Shown: in pieces, positions 27,701-39,739 of the stretch
Layout: each line of letters starts with the position of its first letter
Position numbering within the stretch: the first letter of the stretch is position 1
Origin: Eledone cirrhosa
Taxonomy: Eukaryota
Length of the DNA: 64,000 bases
Direction: 5' to 3'
NCBI GenBank assembly: GCA_964016885.1
Contig: OZ024742.1
Location: 346,084,001-346,148,000 of the forward strand
The notes under the pieces: generated by a model
What the model saw: only the letters and a program-made list of their open reading frames with translations
Databases searched by the model: none
What the model was told of the DNA's origin: nothing
Program-made: the position numbers and the translations under genes

Positions 27701-29670
27701 TTTAGCCGATGCATAATAGAGATGATTTAAGTCAGTAATGTTTATTTTGTTTGTGATGATAATGTTTTTGAGAATTATGTTAGTCTTGTGTATTATCTTT
27801 TGGTTCTGTTTGGAGTTCTGGATCTTAGGGAGGGTGTCTCGTTCCCCCATGTCAGTTTCTTTCATTTTCATCCATTCGATCATAATTTCATCCTTCAAGT
27901 TGGCAAGTTCATTCTCATTCATTTCTTTATCATTTACGATCTCATTATTTTCATTTGGAGTTTCATCCTGAGCATGCACTCCCTCCACTTTTTCGCTCCT
28001 TTCTTTAATTTGTTCTGTTGCCAGTGATTCCGCCCCAACTCTGGGATTCGAAGTGTTACAGTTTACCTCGTTTTCACTGACACGTGCTTCATTTTCCCTT
28101 CGCTGACTTTGTGCTACTAGCTTGATCTGATCAATTTCTATATCAGTTAGTAACTTTTTTCTTACAATATTTCTTCGTATATTGGCTAGTTTGTTACTGT
28201 CAATATAGCCTCTGTTTTCGGGATGTTTCTTTTTCCAGTTGATATATGTTTGCTCTGTATTCGATGTATTTGATGGGTAGTACATGGCAGTATAGAAAGC
28301 CTCAAGGACTTCTTTATTATCTTCCCTTGACCATTTTTCTCTCTTTTTCTTTGGATTTCTTGGTGGTGAGCATGGAGGGCCAACAGTAGGAGTATTCCGG
28401 TTATGGGAGGTCTCCAGCTCCGAAGTGATGGGAAGGTTTGAACCATTAGCTGATTTTTCGACCCCAGTCTGGTTCCTCTCTGAGGGACGCGGCCCTTTTT
28501 TACCCGGGTGACGGCCGATCCGGTATGAGATTTCATCATTAGACATCTACTTTATTTTGTCACGTTTTATCCTTATCCGCCAAGGGGTAATCTTTTCGTG
28601 TTACCACTTCTAGAACGAGTGTCAACCAAGACTAGAGGGGTCGTTCTCCCCTAGAGACATGGCTATTCCCCGCCGGCCGCCATCCCGGTATTTCTTGGTC
28701 ACGGGGTTTTATTTTTGTTGTTTTTTTTTAAATTGTTATTATCATGAGTGGTTCCTTAATGTGAGCATTGCGTGGCTTAAGAATGAAATTATTAATAATT
28801 GTCTCCACTCCAGGGACAAGGCCAGCAATCACCCAGTGCATTACAATAATATAATATACTTTTTGTTGTAGTTGGCTGTTATTGCTGCTGGCTATGTCGG
28901 TGGTGGTGCCGGGGCTTTTTATATTGTTGGTGAGGAAGGGGTGAGCCAGCAGTCCCATAATTGTTGATGTAGACGTTTGTCCGTGGCAAGGTCACCAAGT
29001 CAATCTATTTATATCTTTTGCTAGCCTCTCTCTTGTCTAGTGCTACCACCACCTTCCCTTTTCTCTCTCAAGTTAACAGGGGAATAGTGTCAGTAGCATT
29101 GAATGAGTGGTGGCGGCGATGATGGATGTGGTGGAATGGTGGCAGCGGTGGTGTTGTGGTTACTGATATAGTATCTATGAGTTTGTGTTCGTATGTTTAA
29201 TATATATTTTCATTATATTTTGTGTTGACATATTCCCGTAAAATTTGAATTAAACATTTTTTTAAATTTGAGACAATAATAATAGTAATTATTATTATGA
29301 TGCCGGTGAAGTTGCCGTTATATTTAGTGTGATGGGATAGGTAGTGTATCAAGTTTCTGGTGTTGGTGAAATTGAAATTGCCGCTGTTCTATATAGTGTA
29401 GACAGAGGGTGTTTTGTTCCATTTATAACCATTTTCTTTTTTTGAATACAAAATATATCATACAAAATTGAATATTTGAGCGATACAACAATATAATATG
29501 GATACAACAATATAATATGGATCCGAAACTTTATGGGACCTCATTCGGTGCCTTTATGCAACATTTGTGCTAAGAATTGTTCTTTCACAATTGATTTAAA
29601 TATGTTAAAAATCAAAAAACTTACGGGAGCAATTTCGTGACGTTCTACCACCTCGTGCGTCTTCTTCCCT
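24755..29670 (-). mobile_element. Apparently full-length R4/Dong-like non-LTR retrotransposon
   Basis: Single long RT-RLE ORF, ~1.1-kb upstream region ending at a TAA/GAA tract, short 3'UTR ending at (TAA)n; 5' boundary inferred. Confidence 0.88.
24896..28546 (-). CDS. 1216-aa reverse transcriptase + CCHC finger + restriction-like endonuclease (R4/Dong clade)
   Basis: NYRPITCL, DYKKAFDS, QGDSLSPLLF, FYMDD, YKYLG; CRVC..ETIDHIISMC; RHD; NRPDI..LIDMSVP..KLSKY; uninterrupted. Confidence 0.95.
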   Translation of the reverse strand: MSNDEISYRIGRHPGKKGPRPSERNQTGVEKSANGSNLPITSELETSHNRNTPTVGPPCSPPRNPKKKREKWSREDNKEVLEAFYTAMYYPSNTSNTEQTYINWKKKHPENRGYIDSNKLANIRRNIVRKKLLTDIEIDQIKLVAQSQRRENEARVSENEVNCNTSNPRVGAESLATEQIKERSEKVEGVHAQDETPNENNEIVNDKEMNENELANLKDEIMIEWMKMKETDMGERDTLPKIQNSKQNQKIIHKTNIILKNIIITNKINITDLNHLYYASAKVTTHLCGVKMKKQRNSHKKSTWQDNINRQINLLRSDIEILTNYKVGEHVKQTKLRKLKKKYSIRSTCDIDMLIETIKQKVSAKAARIRRFEKRSRFYKDNNMFKNNQRNFYRKIGKSTITAKSIPPKEEVQEFWEKIWAEEKVHNIHAPWIDRQMKETAHLEEQTWENITVEQLRLALRKTSKWKSPGKDKIQNFWINAFTESHELLAQLYNEIVKEPEKIPSWLVNGITFLLPKNDETNNPKNYRPITCLTTMYKILTSVLTEYTYDHLITNDLFPIEQKGCKRGSYGCKDQLLVNKMILEDCHNRHKNLSIAWIDYKKAFDSLPHSWIEKCLEIFKISPVVRRFLSFSMRTWRTTLLLNSETKSLEAGEVNINCGIFQGDSLSPLLFCIALIPLSKMLNETKHGYRVYDKTINHLFYMDDLKLFAKNDEQLQGLLSTVKQFSDDIKMEFGLDKCAKATFTRGKLLKSSDINLDRGNVIRELDQEQTYKYLGVCEGDGIKHSTMRERIRKECYRRVRAILRTELNARNRIDAINTLAIPVVTYSYNVINWSSTEIRRLDTKIRKFLTMHRMHHPKADIDRIYLPRKEGGRGLIQLDIALKTATIGLSTYLRESHDWMIKLVLKHESTKRSYSITKDAQRYSNGLQISEVPFTAEMENTEKAKQVKVTAKKELLQKLAKKWQEKPLYGKYPERANNPDVDKTLTHQWLASSGLKSETEGLIISAQDQCLPTKNYQANIIKNGCSPLCRVCKKQPETIDHIISMCSPIAPTEYLNRHDRAAQYIHWIMCKHFDLPHQKNWWEHQPLPILEKDHISILWNFSIQTDRKIDANRPDIILKDFQRRVCLLIDMSVPIDKNVSIKTFEKLSKYKDLEIEIGKMWKLRTKTIPVVVGALGMIPKGSNDYLSQIPGNPRIGEIQKIVLMGTAHILRKILSI

Positions 29671-29678
29671 TCTTCTTC

Positions 29679-29711
<33 letters not shown>

Positions 29712-29714
29712 TTC

Positions 29715-29753
<39 letters not shown>

Positions 29754-29770
29754 TTATTATTATTATTATT
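29671..29770. repeat. (TTA/TTC)n tract between divergent R4 and Tx1 5' ends
   Basis: Trinucleotide run with interspersed TTC units. Confidence 0.95.
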
Positions 29771-29980
29771 GGCGACCTACGTAGTAAATCGTATCATCGT
29801 GAGCTCCGCAAAGGTTTGTTATTTCCGTTTGTTAAAAATTGCCATTTATGGAAAATTTTTATTGTTAACTATATATAAGCGCACATACATTGTTTTCCGA
29901 AAAGGACACCCAAAAAGATTGGGGCCTTTTGCCCAAAATTTAAACTTTTATGATTATCAAAAAATTTCTTTGAAAAAAAA

Positions 29981-31942
29981 ATGGCTAATTCACCACTGCA
30001 CCAAGCAGCTGAAAGCCTTTCTCACAAATTAGCACCTCACACCGACACCACCATTGTAAATGATACTACGTTTGCCAACACAAAAAATTTAAGCACTAGC
30101 AATATTTTAAATTTGTCTCAGGCAGACATTCATTTCCCGCCATTACCGATGACTGCAGGTGTTAAAGCCTCCACCACCACCACCACCACCGCGACAACAG
30201 AAACAAAAGGAAAAAATAAATCAACTAGTGATGTCGAAATATTTTCAACCAAAATGGACTCTCCCAAACCGAACTTCACTGACGTCACCACCACCACAAC
30301 TGAAACTAAAATTAATAATAACAAAAATAACGATAGCAACAACAACAACAATGACATTAAAAGAAACACCCTGAGTTTTGCCAGAGTAGCAAAACAGTGC
30401 GAAGCATTTACGGTCACTCAGGAGGAATTAGAAAATGCCAAACAAATGGTAAAGAAAGATGGGTACAGGGTCAGCCTCACCCCCACCTAATAAAATGGAG
30501 CATCGGCGCCTATGCACCGTGTCGTATAGAACAATAAATGTAAAATCGCGCCGAGTGGAACGGGCATCCGAGTCCTAAATCCAAAAAGCTTTGGGACATG
30601 TGTGGGCAAGAAAAACCCACATCAGACGTGAGCAGAAGTATGGAACCGTGGACGTGTTCTTTGAAACACCAGAGGAGGCTAGAGAACACTCCATGGCCCC
30701 ATTAAGAAGTGACGACTTCACACTCGTCCCGAGCTATTGTGGCCAGAGACTCGTAAAGATCAGGGTGACCCACATCCCACCGGCCATCGAAATTCCCTGG
30801 CTAATAGCGGCCGTCCTCGCCGGCATCGAAGCCAACACAAAGATAATAGCAATAGCAAAAGAAAAGCAGGAGAACTGGTCCGGATCTGGTATGGAGCTCC
30901 TGATCCAAGCGGACCAAAAAAGCATTGAGGAGATCCCAGAGGTAATAGACCTCACTGACGGCAGCCACCTCACCGTAATTGTCGAGGGCAGAAGGTCTAG
31001 GTGTGTCGTTTGTGGTGAAGGAACCCACCTAAGGGCTTTCTGCCTTCAGGCTAAAAGGTTGAGGCCACCTCTCCTACCCACCCCAGTGACACAACCATCA
31101 ACACCACCAGTAGCAGAGATGGCAGCAACAACTGTAGCAGCAACAACAGAAGCAACAATAACAGCAACAACCCCAGCAACAGTAGCAAAACCAACACCAC
31201 CACCACCAGCAAAACCAACACCCCCACCACCGCCCAACGCTTCAGAACTAGCACCAGCGCCTACACCATCCACCACGCCACAACCAAAACTAATGCCTGT
31301 GGAGGATTTTCCACTCCCCGGCCTATCACAACTGGAGACAGATTGTGACGACGAGGAGTGGGAAACGGTATCAGGAAAAAAAAAAAGAAACCAAAAAAGA
31401 AAAAATTCTCTTCCTTCCTCCTCCAAAAACAAAATACAGAGGGAAACAAATAAATTAACAAACAAAAAAGTTAGGACAGATATGCCACCTCCACACCAGC
31501 ATCACCAACCCCATCAACCCAAACACCAACACCATCACCATCATTAACCCCAACACCACCATAACCTACACCACAAAAGTCACCAAAATGCGAAACAGAA
31601 ACAAACCCACAACAAACGCAAACAAAACAAAACAACCAAAACGATACACACTACACAGCATTAAATTTGAACAACAAGCAATTATTACACTACATCCAAC
31701 ACAACACCAGCATCACAGAAAAAGACTACACAACAACCCCAAAATTCACACCACCTCCACACATACAAATCACTCGCATCACACAGAAAACGTACATGAC
31801 ACTAAAAAAAAAATTCCCCAAAGACATCAGAGACTTCCGACAAGCACTCTCCAGGAGGATTTATAAGGGCATCCTTCCTGAGGAGGCCACAAGCAGTGAA
31901 AAGGATGGAAAAACCGTCCTTCCTCTGCGAGAAGTAAGGTAA
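29981..31942 (+). pseudogene. Tx1-like ORF1 copy 2
   Basis: Same zinc knuckle; stops and frameshifts. Confidence 0.8.
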
Positions 31943-31976
31943 GTGGTCTTTCCCATCTTTTCCACTCCTTTTCAAC

Positions 31977-34900
31977 ATGACCTCACTCAGAATAGGCAGC
32001 ATAAATGCGCGTGGCTTGGGGTCGTCATGGAAGCAGGGCCACCTGCTCAACGACCTCAGGTCACTAAACATAGATGTAGTGGCCATCAGCGAGACCAGAA
32101 TCTCCGAAGCACAGGCTTTCGCACCGATCTTCGGCGGCTACGATGTGTACGCGACTGGAACGGGATCTTAGATGCACGCTGGGATTGTGTGGGATTAGTG
32201 GATAGGGAAGAAGGGTGCAAGAGTCTCACCAACCTGCTCAGGCGTTTTGAACTGTCTGACAGGTACCGAATGGATTTCCCGAATGTACCAATGTGGACTT
32301 GGACAAATCGCATAGGGTCATCCAGATCATATCTAGATAGAGTATTTTGTAGGGAAATAGATAGGTCTAGCATAGGCTGTCCACAATTCAAGATAGTCAG
32401 CTACACGGACCACAAATTCGTGATCTGTATGCTTGGCTTAGATAGGCTTCATAGACGAGGACCCGGATACTGGAAGCTAAACGCGTCCTTACCAGCGCGC
32501 AAGGCCTACAGAGACCGGATTAGCAAACTAGTTAAGCGGGCTTTGACGGGGGCCATCGTCAACAACAAGTGGTGGTTTGCTCTGAAAAGAGCAGTTAGAA
32601 TAGAGTCCATTAGGTTTAGTAAGGCTTTAGCAATAGAGAAAAATAGAGCAGAGGGAGAATTAGTTAGAAAATTGGACGAGGCGCTTAGCAAAGGCATCGC
32701 GAAATTGGCCGTTGACCAATTCTTCAATGCAAAGCACGAAGGCTGCGTTGTCAGAGCTAGGGTGCGTGCTCTCAGACAGGAGGGGACGAAAGCCGTTCAA
32801 TGGGCCCGAGTGGCGGAGGTGCGTCGTGGCAACAAGCCACGATCCGGTCTTTGGTGGACGACGACGGGCGCATGCTACTCGATGCCGGGCAAATGTGTGA
32901 AGCTTTTCAGCGACACTTCGCTCAACTGTTCGGGGGCAGTGGCGGACCGGATCGAGGGATGGACTTTAGTGTCTACCTCGACGGACTGCCGCGGCTTTCG
33001 GCCACTGAGGCGGAGTGTTGCGAAAAGCCGATAACAACCGCTGAAGTACGGGATGCAATGACTAGTTGCACAAGGGGTAAATCGCCTGGTTTGGATGGTC
33101 TGCCCTATGAACTTTACTTACAAATGCCAGACTTGTTCGGAGGCCTCTTGGCGGACGTCTACTGCAACTGGCAACAGAACGGGAGAATTCCCAGCTCTGT
33201 GAGCCGAGGAGCGGTGGCGCTGCTGAGAAAGGATCCGAACAAGGGGGATAACATAGATAATTTTAGGCCCATAACTCTGCTAAACACAGAGTTCAAGATT
33301 TTGGCCAAGGTGCTAGCAAAGAGGTTGGCGCTTGTCGTTGGTGGTCTGGTGGGAGAGGCACAGACATGCGCCATTCCCGACAGATCCATCCACGACAACC
33401 TCCACCTCATGCGATACATCGTAGAGAGGGTAGCTAGGGAACCTGGCACGGGTGGGTCTTTGATCAATTTAGATCAGTCGAAAGCCTTCGATAGGGTCGA
33501 CCATCGTTACCTAGCGGCAGTCCTGAGGGCGGCTGGCTTCGGGCCCGTCTTCAGAGGCTGGATCGCTGCCATGCGCAGCGACATCTGCTCTGTAGTGAGA
33601 GTGAACGGTCACCTTTCGGAACCGTTCAACATCATGCGCTCGGTCCGCCAAGAATGTCCCCTCTCGTCCCTATTGTACGTATTGACTCTCGAGCCATTAC
33701 TGCACAAACTGGAGACGTTGAGGGGGGTACCGCGCGAACTAGGATGCGGAAGATCCGTGTCAGCATATGCGGACGATGTCACCGTAGTGGTGTCGAACGC
33801 CAAACACATCGAGGCGATCGGCACTACACTCAGAGAATACAAAGCGGTGACAGGAGCAATGATCAACCAGGAAAAGTCAGTGGGCCTGCAACTCGGCACC
33901 TGGAGAGGCAGGTCCATGCCGTCCAACAGCGTCGTCGGGCGCTGGACGGACGGACCGGTTAAATTGCTAGGGGTCTGGTTCGGTCCAGACCTCCAGACGG
34001 ACAAAAACTGGGACGAGGTGACGAGCAGGGTGGCTTCTCTCACCCAGAAATGGGCCGAGAGGAAGCTATCCCTGAAAGGTCGAGCGGAGGTGGCTAACGC
34101 GTACATCGCGTCCGTCATCTACTACCGCCTGACCGTCGTACCTTGTCCTAAGCCCCGTCTGACTGCACTGGACCGTTTGCTCTTTCGCTTCTTGTGGAAG
34201 GGACGCGCTCCAATGGTCAGGCGGTCCATCTGCTATCAACACCCGCTACGTGGAGGGCCGGGCATGCCGTGGCTGATGATGCGCAGACAAGCGCTCAGGC
34301 TACGACATCTCCACCTCTTCCTCGACGGTGATCAGGTGTGGTCGCCGTTTGCTAGACACGTTTTTCCCCAGCTCGTCTCCTTGACGGAGCTGCAGTCCTG
34401 GGTCAAGCGAAGACCGAGAGGGAGCGCTTGGAGACTGGAATGTCTTCAGGCGCTCACAGCCCTCGACCAATCGGGCAATGTGATCGGTGGAAACTCCACC
34501 TTGGCGTTCTATAGGGGATTAGTGGAGGGGAAGAGCGACGACGTACTTGGAGAAACTCTGGGCGTCGACGAAAATCAACTAGCCAATCTCTTCGGAAGGA
34601 CTTTCGGGCCGGGGCCTATGGACAACTTCCAGAAATCCCTGGCCTGGCAGTGCTACCGGGGAGCTTTGCCAGTTCGGGATAAACTCTACAGGCATGGAGG
34701 TGCCGTAAGCCGGGCATGTCTGAGATGCGCACAGGGCGACGAAACCGTCCTGCACGCACTCGTCCAGTGTCCGAGCATTTCTGACTCATGGGTTTATGTC
34801 GAACACCTGCTGTCACGTGTAGGACGGATCCAGCTATCAGCTGAGTCCATCGTGAGGATTGCCCCGCCCTCTTCCTTTAGCCGGGAAGGGCAGGCAGTTT

Positions 34901-35132
34901 TTATCTGTCTGGTGGCCATGGCGAAAGAGATAGTATGGTGGACACGTTTGAAAAGGCTGAAGACGAGCACTTACCTCTTCGGTGATGCCCTGATTAACCT
35001 TTTCAAATTTGATTTGAAAAGGAAAATCAGGGTAGAGAGGGAAGTGCTCTCTTCCCAGCATTTTTTGAAAGATGGGTGAGAGAAGCAAGTATGGCCCGAA
35101 TGAATGGGCCTACTCTGAGTATGTGTCTGTAA
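31977..35132 (+). pseudogene. Tx1-like ORF2 copy 2 (APE with ~243-bp deletion, RT, zf-RVT)
   Basis: 759-aa RT-containing frame 32800-35079 with YADD; deletion junction TACGC|GACTGG at ~32152. Confidence 0.92.
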
Positions 35133-35393
35133 ATTAAAGGTGGAAAACTGGGAGAGGGCACTTGCCCTGGTGGTCAGGGTCACTGTGGTCTTTTAATGGG
35201 CTTTCTCCACAAATGTCCTTCGGAAGTCTCCCCCCTATTGGGGAATTTTTCTTTGTTTTTCTATTACATCCTCTGTTTTTTTTACACGCAGAAATGCCCA
35301 TTTGTACCGTACTGTATTGTCCTGTACTGTCCTTAATGTCTACTTTATGTAAACCCTTGTGGTTAATAAAGAAAACATTATTATTATTATATA

Positions 35394-35481
<88 letters not shown>

Positions 35482-35484
<3 letters not shown>

Positions 35485-38400
35485 CTTTGATAACTTTGAT
35501 AGGTTTCGGCCAGTACTGGCCCACGCCATGTCTAACTTAATAGCACCACCTGGCGAAGTCTTACAAATCAGGGTTTGGGCACCATGGCCCACTCGAGCAG
35601 AGAGTTATTGTTTACAGAGGCATATCCGGGTGTAGGAGGCTTATCCGTGATTTCTTGAAGGAATTTATCCAAAGACTTCTTGAACTTGATGGGGTCAGTC
35701 TCTGCTTTGATATGTCTTGGTGTAATGTTAAAGAGTGCAGGGCCAATTGAGGTGAAATAATTGTGCCGTATTGTTGTTAGGTAATGCGAGTGAGATTTTT
35801 GTCGTGGGCGGATAGCACGAGGCCCAAGCCTTGGGTGTACACTAAAGGTGATGCCAACATCATTTGGACAAAGCTGATGGAATATTTTCCACATTATACA
35901 GATAATGTAGCGCTCACGGCGACGTTGAAGAGAATAAAGTTTGAGCTTTTCTAATCGACCCCAATAGTCAAGGCCTGTCATTCCATTTATATTTTTTGTA
36001 ATTAACCTTTGGGTTGCTTCAACTTTCATAATACTTTGTTTTGTGTGGGGGGGTGACCACAGTGGACAACAGTATTCAAGGTGGGGTCGGGCAAAAGTGG
36101 AGAAGAGAAGGATAACAATGTGGATATCTCTCGACTGGAAAGTTCTAAGAATCCAGGAACACATTGTGCGGGCCATATCAACTTTTCTGTTTATATGAGT
36201 GGCCCAGCTTATATTGTTGTCCAAATTACTCCCAGGTCTCTGATGTTATTGGATGCCACTAGAGTTTCACTCGAAGGAAGAGAGTATGGTAGTTTCAGGG
36301 CATCCATTTTTCCAAAGTGGGTTAATTCAAATGTATCCTCATTCAACAGCATATTATTCATTTCTGCTCATTGGATAACAGCCAGTAGGTCTGACTGAAG
36401 GCAAGTCCGGTGACCCACCTCATTGATGACACTTTGGAACTTGGAATCATCTGCGAAGATTCTGATGTTGCTGTGCTTGATGTCAGTAATGTCATTAATG
36501 TAGATGATGAAAAGAAGTGGGCCCAACACAGTGCCTTGTGGGACACCACTGCTGACTTTGGCAGGGCTTGATTTTACTTCTTCGACTACAACATGCTGGG
36601 TTCTGCCTGTCAGGAAACATTTGATCCACTGTAGTAACCTTCCAGAGACACCAACATTGGATAGTTTTTTCAGTAGAATCTTATGATCAACCCTGTCGAA
36701 GGCCTTGCTGAAGTCAAGGTTGATGACATCAGTATTGGAGCCCTCTCCCAAGGCTCTCAAAACATTGTCAAAGTGATGCAGGAGCTGCGTTAGGCAGTCC
36801 CTTCCATTACGGAACCCATGTTGGTTGGAGTTCAGCAGGCCGTTGCTTTCAAGAAAGTGGGTTATTCGTGATCTCACCACCCTCTCAAATACCTTGATAA
36901 TATGAGAGATGAGTGAGATCGGACGGTAGTTCACTGCAAGGGACTTATTTCCCTTTTTGAAGACTGGGACAACGGACTGGGACAGAAAGTTTTCAGGAAT
37001 GTAGCCAGTGTCAGTGAATTCCTCCACAGATTACCAAGAGGAGATGCAAGTTGGTGTCGACACATCTTCAGGACACAAGCAGGGCCTACTGCTGAATTGT
37101 TTAATTTCGTTTATTGTCGCTAAGACATCAGGGGCGCCAAACGTTATGTCTGATATAGTGTGTTGGGGGTTAATATCACTGATACGGCCCAGATCGGCCA
37201 TATCAGGGTTGCTGAAAACAGAGCAGTATTGTTTCTGCAGTATCTCGCCCATGGTTTTGGCATTGTCCTGGAGTGTGCCATTTTCATCAACTAGGGGCCA
37301 ACAGTGGAGACGGTGACCTTGTGTTTTTTAGCAAATGAAAAGAACACTTTGGGGTTGAGTTTGATTTTCTCAATGGCCCACCTCTCTTCAGCTATTCTCT
37401 GGTTATTGATGATGGTCATCATGCATTGCTGGAGGTTATATCTTTTTTACTCATGCAGGGTGATAGCCATTGAATGTGTGTGTTGCTATTGGCAGTATTT
37501 TAGTGTGTTAATTTTTTTGTTTGTTCTTTTTATTTTTCTGATAATTGTTTTTCTGTTTTGGAGGATACTGCACTTGGTTTTGTTCACAGGTTTTGGTGGC
37601 GTGTGTTTTGAACATATATTTGTGACAGTGTCTACAAAGATCTGCCAAGATGTTTTGATGTTGGTGGAAGTGTGTGCGTGTGTAAAAGACCAGTCGACAT
37701 GTGATAGTTCGTTCATAATTGCATCCCAGTTGGCATTGTAGAGATCCATGTTATCAAATGGGTGGGTTGGAGAGAGAACCCTGGGATTAGCTTTCGGCTG
37801 ATGGAATCTCAGGTTACAAAGAACCATGTTATGGTCTGAGAAAAGGGTTTTTTTCCACTGTAATATTATGTATAGTGTTAGTGTGGTTACTAAACACTAG
37901 ATCCAGAATGTTCTTCTGGTGCCTCGTTGGTGCAAGGACAAGTTGGGACAAGAAAAACTCATTCATGAAGTCAAGAAGTGACTCGACAGCCCCTTTGTCA
38001 GTGGTTGAGCCTGTGGAGCCTGGTTTCAAACTACATGTAGACCAATCGACACAGGGTAGATTAAAGTCTCCCATCAAAAGTATGTTGCTAGAATGGCACT
38101 GTTTAATAAAGCATTTTATTTGTTGTTGTTGTGATCGTGTCTTTGTGAAAAGACTGGAGCAGCATTACTTTTGTTGTTTTTGTTGTTGTAATCATGTCTT
38201 TGTGAGGAGACTGGAGCAGCATTACCGCAACAGGGGGTGGCTTTATTGTGGTTTGTGGGTTAGCCTGAAGCCCCTTTTCTGTTCGTGCGTTGTGTCCCAG
38301 GAAGATGAGTGAAGGGACAGTCAGTCAGCAGACATAGCCTCTCACGTTGGGAATGTTGGCAGATTTTGGGACTGCGACCTATACGTGCGGGCAGCGTGCT

Positions 38401-38490
38401 AAGGTGTTGGCTGACATGTGTTGGACTCATAATTATGAAGTTGTGGGTTTCATTCCTGGACATAGTGATACTTTGTTGTGTTCTTAAGCA
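35482..38490 (-). mobile_element. Decayed CR1-group LINE (CR1/Crack/Daphne-like), with ORF1 tail and ORF2
   Basis: GDFNLP, PTR..NILDLVF (APE); NYRPISL, LDFSKAFD, SGVPQGTVLGP, FADD (RT); RPHLEYCCPLWSP, YSLQRRRER; tandem ATCAAAGTT 3' tail; Cys/His remnant at 38260-38463. Confidence 0.85.
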
Positions 38491-38550
38491 ATATGCTTCA
38501 TTATATATATATATATATAGTTATGTAATAAACAACATACGGTAATTATA

Positions 38551-38607
38551 TCATTTACCAGTGGTTTCTTGAAAGCAAACAAATTTTGCTTTCTATCATC
38601 AGAATGA
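38551..38607 (-). ncRNA. Type-I hammerhead ribozyme downstream of a Penelope ORF remnant
   Basis: TCATT CTGATGA ta GAAAGCAAA atttg TTTGCTTTC aa GAAA CCA c TGG TA AATGA; all core bases intact. Confidence 0.85.
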
Positions 38608-38713
38608 AAAAAATCCTGGTGTATTTTTTGACATTGGATTTTAAAAACAAAAATATAATCTATATGAAAGTGAGGCTGGAAAAGGGAGAAGGAAAGGAAA
38701 AATAAACACACAT

Positions 38714-38774
<61 letters not shown>

Positions 38775-38789
38775 CATACACACACGCAT

Positions 38790-39285
38790 CTAATTTACCC
38801 GTATGTTCTATTTTAGCATGTTGGTAGATTACAGATGATTCTTTACTATCTTGAAGGTCTCGCTAGTGTTCATTTATCCGTTCCCCTACACTACGAGCTG
38901 TCTCACCTATGTACACTATATTTTTGTCTCTACATTGTCCTTCAGTACATCTTATGCTATATACTACATTTCTAGTTTTACAGTTAATATGGGGGCTTAA
39001 TTTACAGGTTATACATTTCTTATCTATACAGGGGGGTCTTTGAAAAGGGTATGTCTTGCTAATAAGTGTTTTTATGGAGGTACCTGGTCTTTCTACTATC
39101 TTAATATTGAGTTTATGTTTATCTAGGGCCCTTCTAAATTTGTAAGCTAATTCACCTCTAGGGGTTGTATCGATGAACATTACACTCTGGTATTTATTGC
39201 TATCATACCATGAGTTTATTCTATTAGCCTTATTCCTAGTTCTTTCTATTCTATTCCAAATATTCAACCCTATAACTTCAACAGG
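38790..39285 (-). pseudogene. Penelope-like GIY-YIG endonuclease remnant
   Basis: SVMFIDTTPRGEL, IKIVERPG, C..C..C, NCKTRNVVYSIRC..VYIGETARSVGERINEH. Confidence 0.88.
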
Positions 39286-39554
39286 GGTTACAGGCCCATG
39301 TATACACATGCGCACAAACACAGATACGCACGCAAATACTTTCTATTTCTCATGCACACACACACACACGCATATACATATTTTAGGTGGCATACTCCCG
39401 AAAGAGAAGTAGGAGCACCATTTTGACATACGGAGTTTCTAGAACATTTGAAAACCTGGCGGAGCCTATTACCTCTCCAGGCTTGAATACAGCAGATTTC
39501 TTCTAGTGAAGGATAGCGAGGTGGAGAATGGAAGTGAGAAAGAGATATAGTGGA

Positions 39555-39710
39555 AGAATTGACCTCAGTACATGACTGGTACCTTTTTTATTGACGTCGA
39601 AAGGATGAAAAACAAAGGTGACTTCAGTGGTTGAAGTCAGTCAACGCAGATGGTCAGCACGGAACGCCGCAAAATATTCTATCCGACGCTCTAACGACTC
39701 CTCGCCTGCA
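39555..39710 (-). mobile_element. Degenerate tRNA-derived SINE (Meta-like core)
   Basis: TGACTGGTAC..ATTGACGTCGAAAGGATGAAAA is the reverse complement of the TTTCATCCTTTCG..GATAAA..GTACCAGT SINE core. Confidence 0.6.
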
Positions 39711-39739
39711 CATATACATACACATATACAAACTCTCAT

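Larger units (their letters stand above)
29771..35377 (+). mobile_element. Tx1-like LINE copy 2, full span but internally disrupted
   Basis: Same GGCGACCTACG 5' end; AATAAA at 35365 then (TTA)n; highly similar to copy 1. Confidence 0.95.
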
